64,000 nt of DNA from NCBI GenBank assembly GCA_964368755.1, contig CAYJCR010000001.1, positions 140,976 to 204,975 of the forward strand, read 5' to 3'. This DNA is from an uncultured Lachnospiraceae bacterium (lineage in GTDB: Bacteria > Bacillota > Clostridia > Christensenellales > UBA1242). Every line of letters begins with the position of its first letter. The stretch's first letter is position 1. The notes beneath the pieces were generated by a model. That model searched no databases. It was not told the DNA's origin and saw nothing but the letters and a program-made list of their open reading frames with translations. A program made the position numbers and the translations under genes. Shown here one piece after another: positions 56,664-64,000 of this stretch.

Positions 56664-57227
56664 ATGGAAATGAAAAATTGGAGTAGAGCAATGCTCTCAA
56701 TGTATAGGTATTTTGAGCCATTAACGATTGCATTAGACAAGATTGTTATATCCAAAAGTAGCAATACGTACTATTCGCGAAGTTCGGATATAATGCTTGA
56801 TTTTGATGACATATTGGAATTGACTGAACGCAAAATATTATATATAAATCTTAAATTATTGATAGATGAAACTTTGCTATCTTTAGACCACAAGTTTTCA
56901 AAAATACTAATTTTGAAATATTTTGAAAACTACAAAACAGACTCTCTATGTGAGACTCTTGATTGTATTCCAAGGACTTTGTTCAGACAGATAAATGTTG
57001 CGATCAGGGAGTTCGGCAAAGTTTTTCAAAAGCATTTGGAAAAAAATCCAAATATAACTAAGCAAATGACTAACGATGGTTGGATATGCTCTGTATACGA
57101 ATATATGTCACACAAGCTTAATGGTAGGCGCATATGCAAAGACAGCCTTAAGAATATGAAAGAGTATGCCAACAAAGAGATATTTTCTATCCTTAACAAC
57201 GTAGTTATGGAATCAAATGCTATATAA
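56664..57227 (+). CDS. putative phage-type transcriptional regulator with sigma-70 region-4-like HTH
   Basis: ILILKYFENYKTDSLCETLDCIPRTLFRQINVAIREF looks like a region-4/LuxR-type HTH. Start ATG 56664 is 6 nt after GGAG; the ORF-track ATG at 56658 has no spacing. The functional call is tentative. Confidence 0.4.
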   Translation: MEMKNWSRAMLSMYRYFEPLTIALDKIVISKSSNTYYSRSSDIMLDFDDILELTERKILYINLKLLIDETLLSLDHKFSKILILKYFENYKTDSLCETLDCIPRTLFRQINVAIREFGKVFQKHLEKNPNITKQMTNDGWICSVYEYMSHKLNGRRICKDSLKNMKEYANKEIFSILNNVVMESNAI

Positions 57228-57251
57228 CATATGTTCTAAGTATTGAATACC

Positions 57252-58001
57252 TTACAATTCTTTGTCATCGTAAAGCTTGCTAATAGGATGATATACAGTA
57301 TGTTTTTTCCTTGTCTTACGAGCCAAAGAATAGGGCTTATACATCATATATACTAGCAATACTGAGGGTATTGATACTGCAATTATAAGAAGTACAAAGT
57401 TGTTCTTGGTACTAAGATCTGGTTCAGATATATCCAAAGACACTTGATCTGCTATCTTCAGTACTTCATCATTCAATGGATATGACTCAAAGTCATCACA
57501 TAATCCAGCATACACATAGCCATAGATAATCTCTTTGTTATCGGTAATGGTTGTATAGTACCATGTTTTGCCACGACCAGATATCAATTCTTCGCCCTCT
57601 ATCTTGCCCAGATACTTTATATGTTTGTATAATGGACCTTTGCCGACAATGCTACTTCTGCTTGTTGGTAACTTGTATATATTGCAGGCTTCACTTGAAT
57701 ATATTCTAAAAGTTTCGTCAAGATAGGGAGCTATAGGAGTGCCTTCTACTATTGCGACATCACTCTTCTTGACCCAACCTTTGATTCCATCATATGTGCA
57801 AGAATAATATTCGCCACTCTCAGCTACAACTTTGACAAAATAAGTCTTAGGTAACTCAAAGATTTGTTCACCATTAGTATTTTTGTATAGATATGTGCCC
57901 TCTGTTAGTATTCTTGCATAGTGTTCTTTATTAGAAGCATAACAAGTCGTACTACTAGTTGTATTGATAACAAAAAGGAGGATTAGTATAAAGTATTTCA
58001 T
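57252..58001 (-). CDS. type I membrane protein with SH3b-like domains, C-terminal TM and basic tail
   Basis: Signal peptide MKYFILILLFVINTTSS. SH3b-like segment ARILTEGTYLYKNTNGEQIFELPKTYFVKVVAESGEYYSCTYDGIKGWVKKSDV. TM segment FVLLIIAVSIPSVLLVYMMY followed by RKTRKK. Confidence 0.7.
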   Translation of the reverse strand: MKYFILILLFVINTTSSTTCYASNKEHYARILTEGTYLYKNTNGEQIFELPKTYFVKVVAESGEYYSCTYDGIKGWVKKSDVAIVEGTPIAPYLDETFRIYSSEACNIYKLPTSRSSIVGKGPLYKHIKYLGKIEGEELISGRGKTWYYTTITDNKEIIYGYVYAGLCDDFESYPLNDEVLKIADQVSLDISEPDLSTKNNFVLLIIAVSIPSVLLVYMMYKPYSLARKTRKKHTVYHPISKLYDDKEL

Positions 58002-58020
58002 ATATGCTCCTTTTAATAAT

Positions 58021-58066
58021 GTTCTAGGTCTAGTTTATAATAACGGGTCTAGAACTTTTTTATAAT
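58021..58066 (+). promoter_or_regulatory. inverted repeat GTTCTAG...CTAGAAC plus T-run and a TATAAT lacking a -35, upstream of terL
   Basis: Inverted-repeat arms at 58021-58027 and 58049-58055, direct GTCTAG repeats, and TATAAT at 58061-58066. The -35 position reads aataac. It could be an activator- or sigma-dependent late promoter, or a weak terminator. Confidence 0.3.
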
Positions 58067-58092
58067 TTTTGTCATAAAAGGAGTTTTTATAA

Positions 58093-59535
58093 GTGATTGA
58101 TTTAATCAACAAAGTCAAAGCCATAGATAGAGAACTCCAAAGACGTAAATCAAATAATAAACTTGCTAGTTACAATACCGGTAAACTAGTTCACCAAAAG
58201 CAACTAGAGTTCCATCGTTGCCCCTCTCGCAACCGTTGGGTATTCGGTGGTAACCGTAGTGGCAAGACAGAATGCGGTGCAGTAGAGAGTGTATATATGG
58301 CACGTGGAGTACATCCATATCGAGACAATCGTAAGAATACGGTTGGCTGGGTTGTATCATTATCCACACAAGTACAAAGAGATGTCGCACAGAGCAAGAT
58401 ACTATATTATATCAATCCTGATTGGATAGTAGATATTGTCATGTTGAGTGGCAAAAAAGATAGTCCAGAGAACGGAGTAATTGATTATATCACGATACGC
58501 AATGTGTTCGGTGGCACTAGCAAGATTGGATTCAAGTCTTGCGATCAGGGCAGAGAGAAGTTTCAAGGTACATCGCTGGATTTTGTGTGGTTCGATGAAG
58601 AGCCTCCAAGGGATATCTATATAGAGTGCCGTATGCGAGTATTAGACAAATGCGGAGATATATTCGGTACTATGACTCCTCTCAAAGGTCTGTCTTGGGT
58701 ATATGATGAGATATATCTCAATAGCAATAATGACCCTGAGATATGGAACATATTCATTGAATGGGCAGATAATCCATATTTGAGTCAAGAAGAAATCAAG
58801 CAGTTGTCTTCGACACTTTCTCAAGACGAGTTGCAATCAAGACGATATGGCAAGTTTATTGATTGTGGAGGACTTGTATACAGTGAGTTCGATCCAAGTA
58901 TCCATATCATAGAGCCATTCGCTGTCCCCAAAGAATGGTATGACAATATCTCTATAGACCCAGGGCTTAACAATCCACTCTCGGCGCATTGGTATGCGTG
59001 CGATTATGATGGAAATATTTATGTTATTGCTGAGCATTATGAGGCCGGCAAGACGGTTGATTATCACGCAAAGAAGTTGCTTGAGATTAGTGATAGATTG
59101 GGTTGGCACAGGTCATTTGGTGGCAGGCTAGAAGCTTTGATAGATAGCGCTGCAACTCAGCGAACACTTGCTAGCGAAAAAAGTGTTGTGGAACTATTCT
59201 ATGACTATGGACTTGTAGTCAATCCCAAAGTTAACAAAGATATGTATTCTGGACTCAGTAGAGTCAAGAGTTATCTCAAAGACGCTAATGGACGAGCAAA
59301 ATTGTTCATTTTTTCTTGCTGTGTCAATCTTATCCGTGAGATCAAAGGCTACTTTTGGGGAAATGGAGATATGCCCGTCAAACGTGATGACCACTCGCTT
59401 GATGAACTTAGATATTACATTATGAATAGGCCTGAGACCAAGTCTCCAACCCCGAGCAAAAGTCTTATACAGAAAGATAAGGACAGATTAGCAAAAAGAC
59501 TGGGTACATCGAACAAAACAAATAGGAGGTATTAG
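58093..59535 (+). CDS. terL: phage terminase large subunit
   Basis: Walker A GGNRSGKTECG and Walker B LDFVWFDEEP, with a C-terminal RNaseH-like nuclease region (IDPG..., DDHSLDELRY). GTG start after AAGGAG. Confidence 0.9.
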   Translation: MIDLINKVKAIDRELQRRKSNNKLASYNTGKLVHQKQLEFHRCPSRNRWVFGGNRSGKTECGAVESVYMARGVHPYRDNRKNTVGWVVSLSTQVQRDVAQSKILYYINPDWIVDIVMLSGKKDSPENGVIDYITIRNVFGGTSKIGFKSCDQGREKFQGTSLDFVWFDEEPPRDIYIECRMRVLDKCGDIFGTMTPLKGLSWVYDEIYLNSNNDPEIWNIFIEWADNPYLSQEEIKQLSSTLSQDELQSRRYGKFIDCGGLVYSEFDPSIHIIEPFAVPKEWYDNISIDPGLNNPLSAHWYACDYDGNIYVIAEHYEAGKTVDYHAKKLLEISDRLGWHRSFGGRLEALIDSAATQRTLASEKSVVELFYDYGLVVNPKVNKDMYSGLSRVKSYLKDANGRAKLFIFSCCVNLIREIKGYFWGNGDMPVKRDDHSLDELRYYIMNRPETKSPTPSKSLIQKDKDRLAKRLGTSNKTNRRY

Positions 59536-59559
59536 TTATATTATCATAACTACAAGCTT

Positions 59560-59913
59560 ATGAAGACTAGGAGGATAACAAAAAAAATCATACCGAATGA
59601 TGTTAATGAAGACAAAATCAAAGAAATACTTCTCAAAAAAGCGGTTGGCTATACCAGCGAAGAAGTAGTAGAGGAGTATCAACTCAAAGAAGATGAATTA
59701 ATGTTAACAAAACGCAAAGTGACCAGCAAACAAGTTCCACCGGATTTGTCATCAGCCAAAGTGGTACTTGAGTACTTTGCCCGTGAAGGTGATCTAACAA
59801 ATCTTACAGATGAAGAATTGTTGGAAGAAAGAAATAGGCTGATCGAGATATTGAGCAAAACAAAGGAGGAAGAAGATGGAACTTGTGAAGACCAATGTGA
59901 CGATAAAGTGTGA
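59560..59913 (+). CDS. hypothetical phage protein (possible small-terminase-like DNA-binding protein)
   Basis: 117 aa, charged. KQVPPDLSSAKVVLEYF resembles the PPD..A..fwL segment of some TerS proteins as I recall them. This is a weak call. Confidence 0.4.
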   Translation: MKTRRITKKIIPNDVNEDKIKEILLKKAVGYTSEEVVEEYQLKEDELMLTKRKVTSKQVPPDLSSAKVVLEYFAREGDLTNLTDEELLEERNRLIEILSKTKEEEDGTCEDQCDDKV

Positions 59914-60088
59914 TGTGCCAGGTTGTAAGAATAAGGCAGATTATATGATCAAGTCACGCAAAATCTTTGGGATAGGCGACATGTATTTTTGTCGAGAGTG
60001 TCTTGAGAGTCTCTACGATGAGATTGGCAAGATCGTTACCCCAAAGAGCCCCAACAATATCAACAAAAAAATCAAAATAAAGGAATAA
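59876..60088 (+). CDS. small zinc-ribbon phage protein
   Basis: 70 aa with SD AGGAGG. Cys pairs CDVPGC ... CREC. Overlaps the previous ORF by 38 nt. Confidence 0.55.
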   Translation: MELVKTNVTIKCDVPGCKNKADYMIKSRKIFGIGDMYFCRECLESLYDEIGKIVTPKSPNNINKKIKIKE

Positions 60089-60092
60089 ACCG

Positions 60093-61970
60093 ATGAAAAA
60101 CGACAAAAAGAATAAAGAAATAGAACTAATTGTTGAAGAAACTGTCCGAGACTTTGAGTCAAGACAAGAGGAACGCAAAGCTTTCGAGGCACAATGGCAA
60201 CTCAATCTCAACTTCCTTATGGGCAATCAATATTGTTCGCTTTCTGTTAACAATGAAGTAGAAGAGTATGACAAACAGTATTTTTGGCAGGAACGTGAAG
60301 TATACAATCATATAGCCCCAATGTTGGAGTCAAGATTGTCCAAGTTGTCCAAAGTCCGTCCTACTATGACAGTTGTGCCAGCAAGTAGCGAAGACAAGGA
60401 TCTCAAACTTGCCAAACTCAGCAAAGACATCATCAACTCAGTATATCATTCGCATAACTTGAGTGAGATACTCAAACAAGTCACCAAGTGGAGTGAAGTA
60501 TGTGGAACAGCGTTTTACAAAGTCTTGTGGAATCCACGCTTGGGCAGGAATCTTACAAGTAGGCTAGATGGCACAGATACATACGAAGGCGATGTTGAGA
60601 TTGTGGCAGTACCACCATTCGAGATATTCCCAGACAGCAGTTGTTCGGAGAATATCGAAGACTGTGCAAGCATTATCCATGCCAAGTCTTACAACGTAGA
60701 GACCATACGCAATGTATGGGGAGTAGATATTGAAGGTAGGGATATCAATGTGTACTCACTAGATACTTCACAAATATTGGGTGGGCTTGGCTACAATGGC
60801 AATGCATCTAAGATAACCAATTCTGTCAAATCTAATCAAGCAATAGTCATAGAAAAGTACGAAGCCCCAACCGTAAAGTTTCCAAATGGTAGGTTGATAA
60901 TAGTCTGTGAAGACAAACTTCTCTATATTGGGGAATTGCCTTATCACAACGGAGTAGACAATAAGAGATGTTTTCCGTTTGTCAAACAAATATCAGTTGA
61001 GAACCCAGGATGTTTTTGGGGACTTAGCATCATAGAACGTACAATCCCTGTCCAACGTGCTTACAATGCTGTCAAAAATCGCAAGCATGAGTTCCTTAAC
61101 AGACTTTCTATGGGTGTGCTTGCAGTCGAAGATGGCTCAGTTGATACAGATAATCTCGAAGAAGAAGGCTTGTCGCCAGGCAAAGTACTCGTATATAGAC
61201 AAGGTTCAACTCCTCCAAGCATTATGAATACTATGCGTATACCAACAGACTTTGCTGCCGAAGAAGATAGGTTGCTCAATGAATTCACCAATATAAGTGG
61301 TGTGAGTGACCTTATGCGTAGTAGTACTTCCTCGATCACCAATGCAAGTGGTACAGCATTGCAGTTACTCATCGAACAAGATGATACTCGTATATCATCA
61401 ACAGCTGACAATGTTCGCAATGCAGTTAAGTGTATCGCAGGTATGATTCTAAGACTATATAAGGAGTTTGCCCAAGTCCCAAGACTTACCAAGATCACAA
61501 GTAGCAATGGTGAGATAGAGACTTTTTATTGGGAAAATACCGATATCAAAAGCGATGACATTATATTCGAGACTGAGAATGAGATAGGAGAGACTCTTGC
61601 CCAGAAGCGAAGTATGGTCTTTGAACTTCTCAATGCTGGACTTCTTCACGATGAGAATGGTAAGCTAAGCAACTCAATGCGTGTCAAAGCCCTCGAGTTG
61701 TTAGGTTTTGGCGTATGGGAGAATGGTATCGATATCAATGCTTTGCATATCAAAAAAGCCGGCAAAGAAAATGTTGAACTGCTTCGTGGCAATATAGTTA
61801 CTCCATCAGAGATCGATGACCACGAGCTCCATATCAACGAGCATATCGCTTTTATGCTAGGTGGAGAATATGCTGAGGAAGAAAAACTCAGAACAGAGAA
61901 GTTGTTCTTAGAGCATATCAAAGCGCATAGACAACTACTTAGTATAACCAATCAAATAATGCAACAATAA
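60093..61970 (+). CDS. phage portal protein
   Basis: 625 aa. Sits downstream of terL and upstream of the scaffold and capsid genes. N-terminal WQLNLNFLMGNQY is portal-like. Confidence 0.7.
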   Translation: MKNDKKNKEIELIVEETVRDFESRQEERKAFEAQWQLNLNFLMGNQYCSLSVNNEVEEYDKQYFWQEREVYNHIAPMLESRLSKLSKVRPTMTVVPASSEDKDLKLAKLSKDIINSVYHSHNLSEILKQVTKWSEVCGTAFYKVLWNPRLGRNLTSRLDGTDTYEGDVEIVAVPPFEIFPDSSCSENIEDCASIIHAKSYNVETIRNVWGVDIEGRDINVYSLDTSQILGGLGYNGNASKITNSVKSNQAIVIEKYEAPTVKFPNGRLIIVCEDKLLYIGELPYHNGVDNKRCFPFVKQISVENPGCFWGLSIIERTIPVQRAYNAVKNRKHEFLNRLSMGVLAVEDGSVDTDNLEEEGLSPGKVLVYRQGSTPPSIMNTMRIPTDFAAEEDRLLNEFTNISGVSDLMRSSTSSITNASGTALQLLIEQDDTRISSTADNVRNAVKCIAGMILRLYKEFAQVPRLTKITSSNGEIETFYWENTDIKSDDIIFETENEIGETLAQKRSMVFELLNAGLLHDENGKLSNSMRVKALELLGFGVWENGIDINALHIKKAGKENVELLRGNIVTPSEIDDHELHINEHIAFMLGGEYAEEEKLRTEKLFLEHIKAHRQLLSITNQIMQQ

Positions 61971-61984
61971 AGGAAGGAAATAAT

Positions 61985-62614
61985 ATGATAGACAACAACA
62001 TAGAACAACCTGAAGTCATTAGTACAGAGCAAGTCGCAGACGCGAAAATTGATGTAGGCTCAGATACTGAGGTTCACGGCTCTATTCCCAACAAATTCAA
62101 AGATAGCGATGCTTTGCTACAGGCATACAACTCACTTCAGAGTGAGTTCACAAAAAAATGCCAGGCGCTATCTGACCTTCAAAAGAATATACAAGATAAC
62201 AAGGAAGACTTGCCTGTATATATGAGGGAAGACTGGCAGAGCAAAGTCTCGGAGTTTTTGGAGCAGAACGAAGAGGCAAAGGAGTACTCTCGTGAGTTAT
62301 CAGAGATGATTATTGAGGATAAGGATATCGCAAGTAGCGACAACCCCCTCGAGAAAGCTTGGATAACTTATATCAAGAGGAACTTCCGTTCACCATCCAA
62401 GCTAGCTAGCGACTCGGATTTTGTGGACAAGTATATCAAAAATAATGATGAGATCAAATCATCAATAATCAAAGATTATATCAATAATATTGACAATACC
62501 AAAGCTCCTGCTCTTATTGGCAAACATTCTGGCTCAGTAGCTCCATTGTCGCCACCCAAAGTCCCTGTGGACTTGACGGAAGCCAATATCATAGCAAGGG
62601 CAATGTTCAAATAA
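61985..62614 (+). CDS. phage scaffolding protein
   Basis: 209 aa, acidic and helical, located between the portal and capsid genes. Confidence 0.55.
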   Translation: MIDNNIEQPEVISTEQVADAKIDVGSDTEVHGSIPNKFKDSDALLQAYNSLQSEFTKKCQALSDLQKNIQDNKEDLPVYMREDWQSKVSEFLEQNEEAKEYSRELSEMIIEDKDIASSDNPLEKAWITYIKRNFRSPSKLASDSDFVDKYIKNNDEIKSSIIKDYINNIDNTKAPALIGKHSGSVAPLSPPKVPVDLTEANIIARAMFK

Positions 62615-62628
62615 AGGAGAAAAAATAA

Positions 62629-63858
62629 ATGGTAACACTAACAACAGCCCAAAATGCTCTTAAGACGGTTTATCTTGGAGTACTTGCCAATCAGTTGAAT
62701 ACTAAGGCAAATCCATTATTGGGCAAAATCAAACAAACATCTGCTGATGTCTGGGGTAAAGAGATTCGCAAACTCGCTCCATTCGGCATCAACGGTGGTA
62801 TCGGTGCTGGAAGTGAAGATGGTGCTTTGCCTTCTGCTGCTGGCAACAACTATGTACAATTTGTTTCTACACTCAAGAACCTATATGGAACTATTGAGAT
62901 AAGTGATAAAGCAATCAGAGCTTCTGCAAATGATGCTGGTGCTTTTGTTAACCTTCTCAATGCCGAGATGGAAGGGCTTATTGCTGCAAGCAGTTTTAAC
63001 CTAGGCCGTATGTTATATGGTGATGGTAGTGGAGAACTTACAACAGTAGCAAGTGTATCGGGTGATACTATCACACTTAGTTCCGTCAAGAACCTTATTG
63101 AAGGACTTGTAGTCGATGTATATGCATCTGGCTCGCTTGTTACAGGACTCAAAGGCATAAGAGTTAAGACAATCAATAGAAGCACCAAAGTTGTAACATT
63201 CGATGGTGCAACAGGTACTTTTGTAGCCAATCAAAAGTTGTATGTTCAAGGATCAAAAGACCAAGAGCTTACGGGTCTTGGCAAGATATTCAGTTCTAGT
63301 GAGACTTTGTATGGAGTAACTAGATCAACTAACTTATGGCTTAGTCCTTACACTCAAACTGATGCTGGAGAGATCTCTGACTCTATGATACAGACTGCTA
63401 TTGACTTCCTAGACGAAGTATCAGGTAGTGAAGTTGACTTCATTACTTGCTCAGCTGATGTCAAGAGAGCATATCAGCAATATCTAGGATCTTACAGAAG
63501 AAATATAGATATCATGGAATTACAAGGTGGATACAAAGCCCTTACTTACAATGGCATACCTGTTGTATCAGACAGATTTATTCCAAGTGATACAATGTAT
63601 ATCCTCAATTCTAAGGACTTTGTGTTGCATCAGTTGTGTGATTGGAAATGGCTTGAAGGTGAAGATGGCAAGATAATCAAACAAAAATATGGTTATCCTA
63701 CATATTCTGCTACTTTGGTCAAATACGCAGATCTTATCTGTAATAAGCCTAGTGGACAAGCTAAGATTACTGGAATATCAAGTACAGTATCTAACCCATT
63801 CAAGCCAACTGTCAATGTAACAGTAGAGCCTACTTCTACAGAAGGTTCTGGAACATAA
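62629..63858 (+). CDS. phage major capsid protein
   Basis: 409 aa with a strong SD, following the scaffold gene. Motifs recalled from capsid families: LKNLYGTIEISDKAIRAS, FNLGRMLYGDGSG. Confidence 0.7.
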   Translation: MVTLTTAQNALKTVYLGVLANQLNTKANPLLGKIKQTSADVWGKEIRKLAPFGINGGIGAGSEDGALPSAAGNNYVQFVSTLKNLYGTIEISDKAIRASANDAGAFVNLLNAEMEGLIAASSFNLGRMLYGDGSGELTTVASVSGDTITLSSVKNLIEGLVVDVYASGSLVTGLKGIRVKTINRSTKVVTFDGATGTFVANQKLYVQGSKDQELTGLGKIFSSSETLYGVTRSTNLWLSPYTQTDAGEISDSMIQTAIDFLDEVSGSEVDFITCSADVKRAYQQYLGSYRRNIDIMELQGGYKALTYNGIPVVSDRFIPSDTMYILNSKDFVLHQLCDWKWLEGEDGKIIKQKYGYPTYSATLVKYADLICNKPSGQAKITGISSTVSNPFKPTVNVTVEPTSTEGSGT

Positions 63859-63888
63859 TAATCTAAAAGGTAAGTGTTATGAGAACAA

Positions 63889-64000
63889 AAGTCACAAATG
63901 ATATCTTTGCGATATCAAATAGAATCAAACATATCGACAAAAATTATTATATTGTGCTGGATACAAAATATCCAAGATATGAAGTACGTATGGAAGGGCT
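63889..64000 (+). CDS. hypothetical phage protein, 3'-truncated by window edge
   Basis: ATG 63889 after AAAAGG. The frame is open to the end of the window (MRTKVTNDIFAISNRIKHIDKNYYIVLDTKYPRYEVRMEG...). Confidence 0.4.

Larger units (their letters stand above)
58093..64000 (+). mobile_element. phage-derived morphogenesis block (prophage, defective prophage or GTA/PBSX-like element); runs off the right edge and its left boundary is uncertain (anywhere from ~52.75 to 58.1 kb)
   Basis: Co-directional, tightly packed terL, small genes, portal, scaffold and major capsid. No integrase, repressor, tail or lysis genes are visible in this window. Confidence 0.75.

Overview
AT-rich, gene-dense chromosomal segment from a low-GC Gram-positive (Bacillota-type) bacterium using the standard genetic code. 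The lineage call rests on a ctsR-clpC operon with a textbook CtsR operator, Bacillus-type LexA (Cheo) boxes, DegV and a long-form HPF. The window falls into three parts. (1) 1-13.9 kb is a tightly packed operon: an ABC ATPase (5' end outside the window), a polytopic permease-like protein and two giant surface proteins. One (2059 aa) is a chain of about 19 Ig-like Big_2 modules ending in a beta-helix domain. The other (1764 aa) is an MBG/YDG repeat protein with a C-terminal TM anchor. (2) 14-53 kb is mostly housekeeping: lipid kinase, GrpB, tRNA-Leu(CAA), polA, lysS, degV, dinB, ctsR-clpC, hpf, nth, obg, yhbY, rsfS, tsaE-tsaB-rimI, murF-ddl, murG and parE-parC. Several oddities sit among these: an SPT-like alpha-oxoamine synthase, a motif-degenerate FtsE-like ATPase overlapping a PucR-type HTH gene, a MurF with a polytopic N-terminal domain, and a ParC with a 235-aa disordered N-terminal extension. 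(3) From about 53-56 kb to the window end lie membrane-anchored SH3b proteins, a sigma/HTH-like regulator, and a phage morphogenesis block (TerL, portal, scaffold, major capsid) that runs off the right edge. I consider four DNA-level observations the most interesting. (a) A near-identical SOS-box 14-mer, CGAACATATGTTT(G/T), occurs three times: at dinB, over the start codon of a stand-alone HTH gene, and just upstream of the regulator at the head of the phage-like block, where I see no integrase or CI module. (b) Two 133-bp tandem repeats lie upstream of tRNA-Leu, each carrying an internally deleted 'minihelix' copy of that tRNA. (c) A self-contained promoter, 18-codon ORF and terminator sit upstream of lysS. 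(d) The hpf leader has a decoy-SD/anti-SD arrangement. I found no CRISPR array, rRNA, transposase or integrase. All functional calls come from reading translated motifs by eye; no database search was run.
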